Below are positions 61,418 through 64,000 of a DNA stretch of 64,000 bases, piece after piece. Both the position numbers and the translations under genes were made by a program. The notes under the pieces are model-generated. The model did not search any database. It was given only the letters and a program-made list of their open reading frames with translations, and was not told the origin of the DNA. Every line of letters begins with the position of its first letter. The first letter of the stretch is position 1. The DNA comes from an uncultured Dehalococcoidales bacterium (GTDB taxonomy: Bacteria; Chloroflexota; Dehalococcoidia; Dehalococcoidales; UBA5627), in assembly GCA_964399425.1 (NCBI GenBank), contig CAYNQR010000002.1, forward strand, positions 26,558 through 90,557. Direction: 5' to 3'.

Positions 61418-62725
61418 TTATTTACCGTTTTTCCCGGTTACATGTAGTGTCAAGCCTTCGATACCGGTTATGATAACGTCTTCTCCTGCTTCAATAATTT
61501 CCCCGTTTGTTACCGCATTCCAGAGCTCGCCTCTGTAAAAAACCGTTCCTTTCGGTTGCAGGGGCGTCTTTACTACGGCTTTTTTACCAATGATTTCTTC
61601 CGAACCTGTTTTAGCCTGTTCGCGATGGGCTTTTATGGCGCGGCTAACCACAAAAATAGAGAAGCTGCTTACTAAAATGACGACTGTAGCAATAATGATG
61701 GGGTCAATCCGGAATACGGGGTGCGCTCCTGCAAATAAAATCATCGAGCCGATAATTAAAGATACGACGCCCCCGCCTGTAAAAAGTCCGAATGTAGTGG
61801 TTAACGCTTCCGCTATAAAGAGTCCGAAGGCGAGCACTATCAACAAGACTCCTGCCCAATTAACCGGCAGCATTCCCAACGCATAAAAAGACAACAATAA
61901 GCTGATTGCGCCCAGAACTCCCGGGAAAATCAGCCCCGGATTAAATATTTCTACCATTATCCCCAGCGTTGCCAGGCTTAGCAGAAGATAGGCGATATTG
62001 GGGTCGGCGATTGCATAGAGAAACTTTTCTATGACTGACATTCCCATATAATTGACTGAAACATTTTGTGTTTGCATGGTGATAATGCTGCCGTCGAGCA
62101 TTTTAACCTGCCGTCCATCGAGAGAAGCAACCAGGGAATTTACATCCGGGGAGATAAGGTCGATTACATTCAGCGATAATGCTTCCTGTTCCGTAGCGGA
62201 GACACTCTCTCTGACAGCCTGTTCCGCCCACTCTACATTACGCCCGTGGTTTTCGGCAATGCTGCGTATGTAAGCAGCTGCGTCGTTTACTACTTTTTCC
62301 ATCATTCCTTCAGGCATTTCTCCTTCGCCCATAGCTACCGGATGTGCAGCGCCTATCGCCGTGTTGGGCGCCATAACGGCTACATGGGCCGCCATTGTTA
62401 TAAAGACACCGGCAGATGCAGCGCGTGAACCCGAAGGATAAACATAGACAACCACCGGGATATTTGAACTGACGATTGACTGCACGATGTCGCGCATGGA
62501 TGTATCCAAACCGCCGGGAGTATCCAAAAGGATAATCACCGCTTCCGCTCCATCTTTTTCGGATTGTTGGATGCCGCGTTCAATATATCCAACAAGTACG
62601 GGGTTGACGGTACCCTTCACCTCGAGAACATTCACATGGGATCCGGCTGCCTGTACATTGACAGTAACTGAGATAGCCAGAAGAATAAAAACCACGATTA
62701 ATAAAATACGCCTCAGCACTTTCAT
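61418..62725 (-). CDS. nfeD: NfeD family membrane-bound ClpP-class serine protease
   Basis: It has a signal peptide and a ClpP-like domain (LLDTPGGL, GSRAASAGVFI). A multi-TM region and a C-terminal NfeD OB domain (GELWNAV) follow. Confidence 0.85.
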   Translation of the reverse strand: MKVLRRILLIVVFILLAISVTVNVQAAGSHVNVLEVKGTVNPVLVGYIERGIQQSEKDGAEAVIILLDTPGGLDTSMRDIVQSIVSSNIPVVVYVYPSGSRAASAGVFITMAAHVAVMAPNTAIGAAHPVAMGEGEMPEGMMEKVVNDAAAYIRSIAENHGRNVEWAEQAVRESVSATEQEALSLNVIDLISPDVNSLVASLDGRQVKMLDGSIITMQTQNVSVNYMGMSVIEKFLYAIADPNIAYLLLSLATLGIMVEIFNPGLIFPGVLGAISLLLSFYALGMLPVNWAGVLLIVLAFGLFIAEALTTTFGLFTGGGVVSLIIGSMILFAGAHPVFRIDPIIIATVVILVSSFSIFVVSRAIKAHREQAKTGSEEIIGKKAVVKTPLQPKGTVFYRGELWNAVTNGEIIEAGEDVIITGIEGLTLHVTGKNGK

Positions 62726-63078
62726 AATAAACCAACCTCTTCATCCTATTATAACATTTATTGAGCTATAAATGAGGCATATTACAATTATTGAAAGCTG
62801 AATATCACGATTAATGAAATAATAGCGAATCTTTTGTGTCTTATCCTCCGCTATGAATAATAGCTGCGTGCGTGGATTACTGCCGGCTACATTGTTTAAG
62901 ATTTCATGTCATAATTTCAATAGTCCTGAAAATTTCCCGCAGAACGGATACCTGTCTTGTTCAAACAGATTATATTGAATATCTGATTCATATAAACCGC
63001 ATTACAAATTTAACACAGGCATAATCTTATGTGCTATACTTGAGCAATTACCGGTGGTAAACACAGGAGTAATCCATC

Positions 63079-63930
63079 GTGCGGATAAAGCATTCCCATA
63101 TATTGTTTTTGGTAATTATCGTCTCAACCGCTTTGGCGTTGATAATCCTGTTTTTCCCCGATAACGTGTCCCGTATTATTCTGGGGCTGCCTTTCGTATT
63201 GCTTTTCCCCGGTTACGCACTTATTTCGACATTGTTCCCGGCAAGAAAAAGCTCATCCGAAATCGTGAGGTTGGCTCTGAGTTTCGGCCTCAGCCTGGCG
63301 GTGGTTTCTATTACAGGTTTGATTCTGAACTATACTTTAGGGCTTACTTTAAATACTATCCTTTATACTCTGGCCGGTTTTGTGCTGCTTTTCTCGATAA
63401 TCGCCATTTCCCGTCAGCGCAGTCTGCCGGAAGCCGAAAAATATTATTTTACACTCGGTTTTGCGTGGTTCGCCAGGCAGAGTGTTTTTGAAAGGGTGCT
63501 CTCTTTCATACTGGTATTGGTTGCCTGCGGTACGATTGGCACGCTGATTTACACCATGGTTGTACCTAAAACCGGCAGTGCCTATACCGAATTCTACGTT
63601 TTGAACTCGCAGGGGGTTGCCGCTGATTATCCATACGGTATCAGTTCTGGCGATACGGAGAGTGTGATACTGGTCGTTATCAATCATGAAAATCGAACGG
63701 TCGATTACAGAATCGAAGTACAAATCGATAATGACCCGGACGACGGTATCGACCCGATAACACTGGATACAATCGATAATATCAATCTTGAAAACGAAGA
63801 AAAGTATGAAATCCCCGCCTCATTTACCCCCCAAAGCATCGGGGAGGGGCAGAAAGTTTATTTTATCCTTTTTAAAGACGGGGAAACGCAGTCTTATCTC
63901 GAATTGAACCTGACTATAAATGTAAATTAA
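63079..63930 (+). CDS. DUF1616-like membrane protein
   Basis: The N-terminal TM helices carry LGLPFVLLFPGYALISTLFP, typical of DUF1616. A C-terminal soluble domain follows. The start is GTG. Confidence 0.55.
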   Translation: MRIKHSHILFLVIIVSTALALIILFFPDNVSRIILGLPFVLLFPGYALISTLFPARKSSSEIVRLALSFGLSLAVVSITGLILNYTLGLTLNTILYTLAGFVLLFSIIAISRQRSLPEAEKYYFTLGFAWFARQSVFERVLSFILVLVACGTIGTLIYTMVVPKTGSAYTEFYVLNSQGVAADYPYGISSGDTESVILVVINHENRTVDYRIEVQIDNDPDDGIDPITLDTIDNINLENEEKYEIPASFTPQSIGEGQKVYFILFKDGETQSYLELNLTINVN

Positions 63931-64000
63931 TATTTACCCCGTGTTCTTTTTGATATCGGGAATTATGAAACAGTTATATGAATATCAGAAATCGGCGTCT

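Noticed and set aside
61418-62725. NfeD protease without an adjacent SPFH/stomatin partner.
   Set aside because: Absence of adjacency within one window is weak evidence. The partner may be elsewhere, and single NfeD genes are common.

Overview
This 64-kb window is mostly chromosomal housekeeping sequence. The organism looks Chloroflexota/Dehalococcoidia-like, judged only from gene content, T-box leaders and Thr-rich membrane-anchored surface proteins; that cannot be verified here.

Recognisable blocks:
- a pantothenate operon (DUF2520 Rossmann gene, panD, panB, cupin, panC), then surE
- metF-queA, mutS2, DUF134 plus mrp, marR-mmpL, efp-epmA
- a candidate Moco riboswitch upstream of modABC
- a CPA2 antiporter and a VIT1/CCC1 iron transporter
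- rpsF-ssb-rpsR
- rpmH-rnpA-yidD-(propeller lipoprotein)-yidC-jag
- T-box plus ileS, and T-box plus an orphan trpB2
- mobB-mobA, pyrE-lepB, ribD-ribE-ribBA-ribH, bioY
- tRNA-Asp and tRNA-Val

Accessory content is limited to three small, visibly AT-richer insertions: a 5'-truncated DNA methyltransferase at the left edge, a Panacea(DUF4065)-domain two-gene cassette at 4.4-5.5 kb, and an MntA/HepT pair at 8.4-9.1 kb.

Most worth a second look:
1. The Panacea antitoxin-like gene is translationally coupled to an unrecognisable 148-aa partner, a candidate new toxin, and the cassette has its own operator-bearing promoter.
2. A sigma70-like promoter, a ~146-nt leader and an intrinsic terminator sit directly upstream of the pan operon, suggesting an attenuator or pan-motif RNA.
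3. An acetyl-CoA synthetase carries an N-terminal receiver domain in which the phospho-acceptor Asp and the conserved Lys are both replaced.
4. A three-copy dispersed double-hairpin repeat has two copies that look like small terminated RNAs.
5. Several unusual domain architectures occur: an integrase-SAM-like domain fused to GreA, an M50 site-2-protease homologue without HExxH, SEC-C fused to YkgJ, and a surface protein with 7 propeller blades plus 7 Ig-like modules.

No CRISPR array, transposase, integrase or rRNA was seen. All calls rest on reading motifs by eye, with no database searches.
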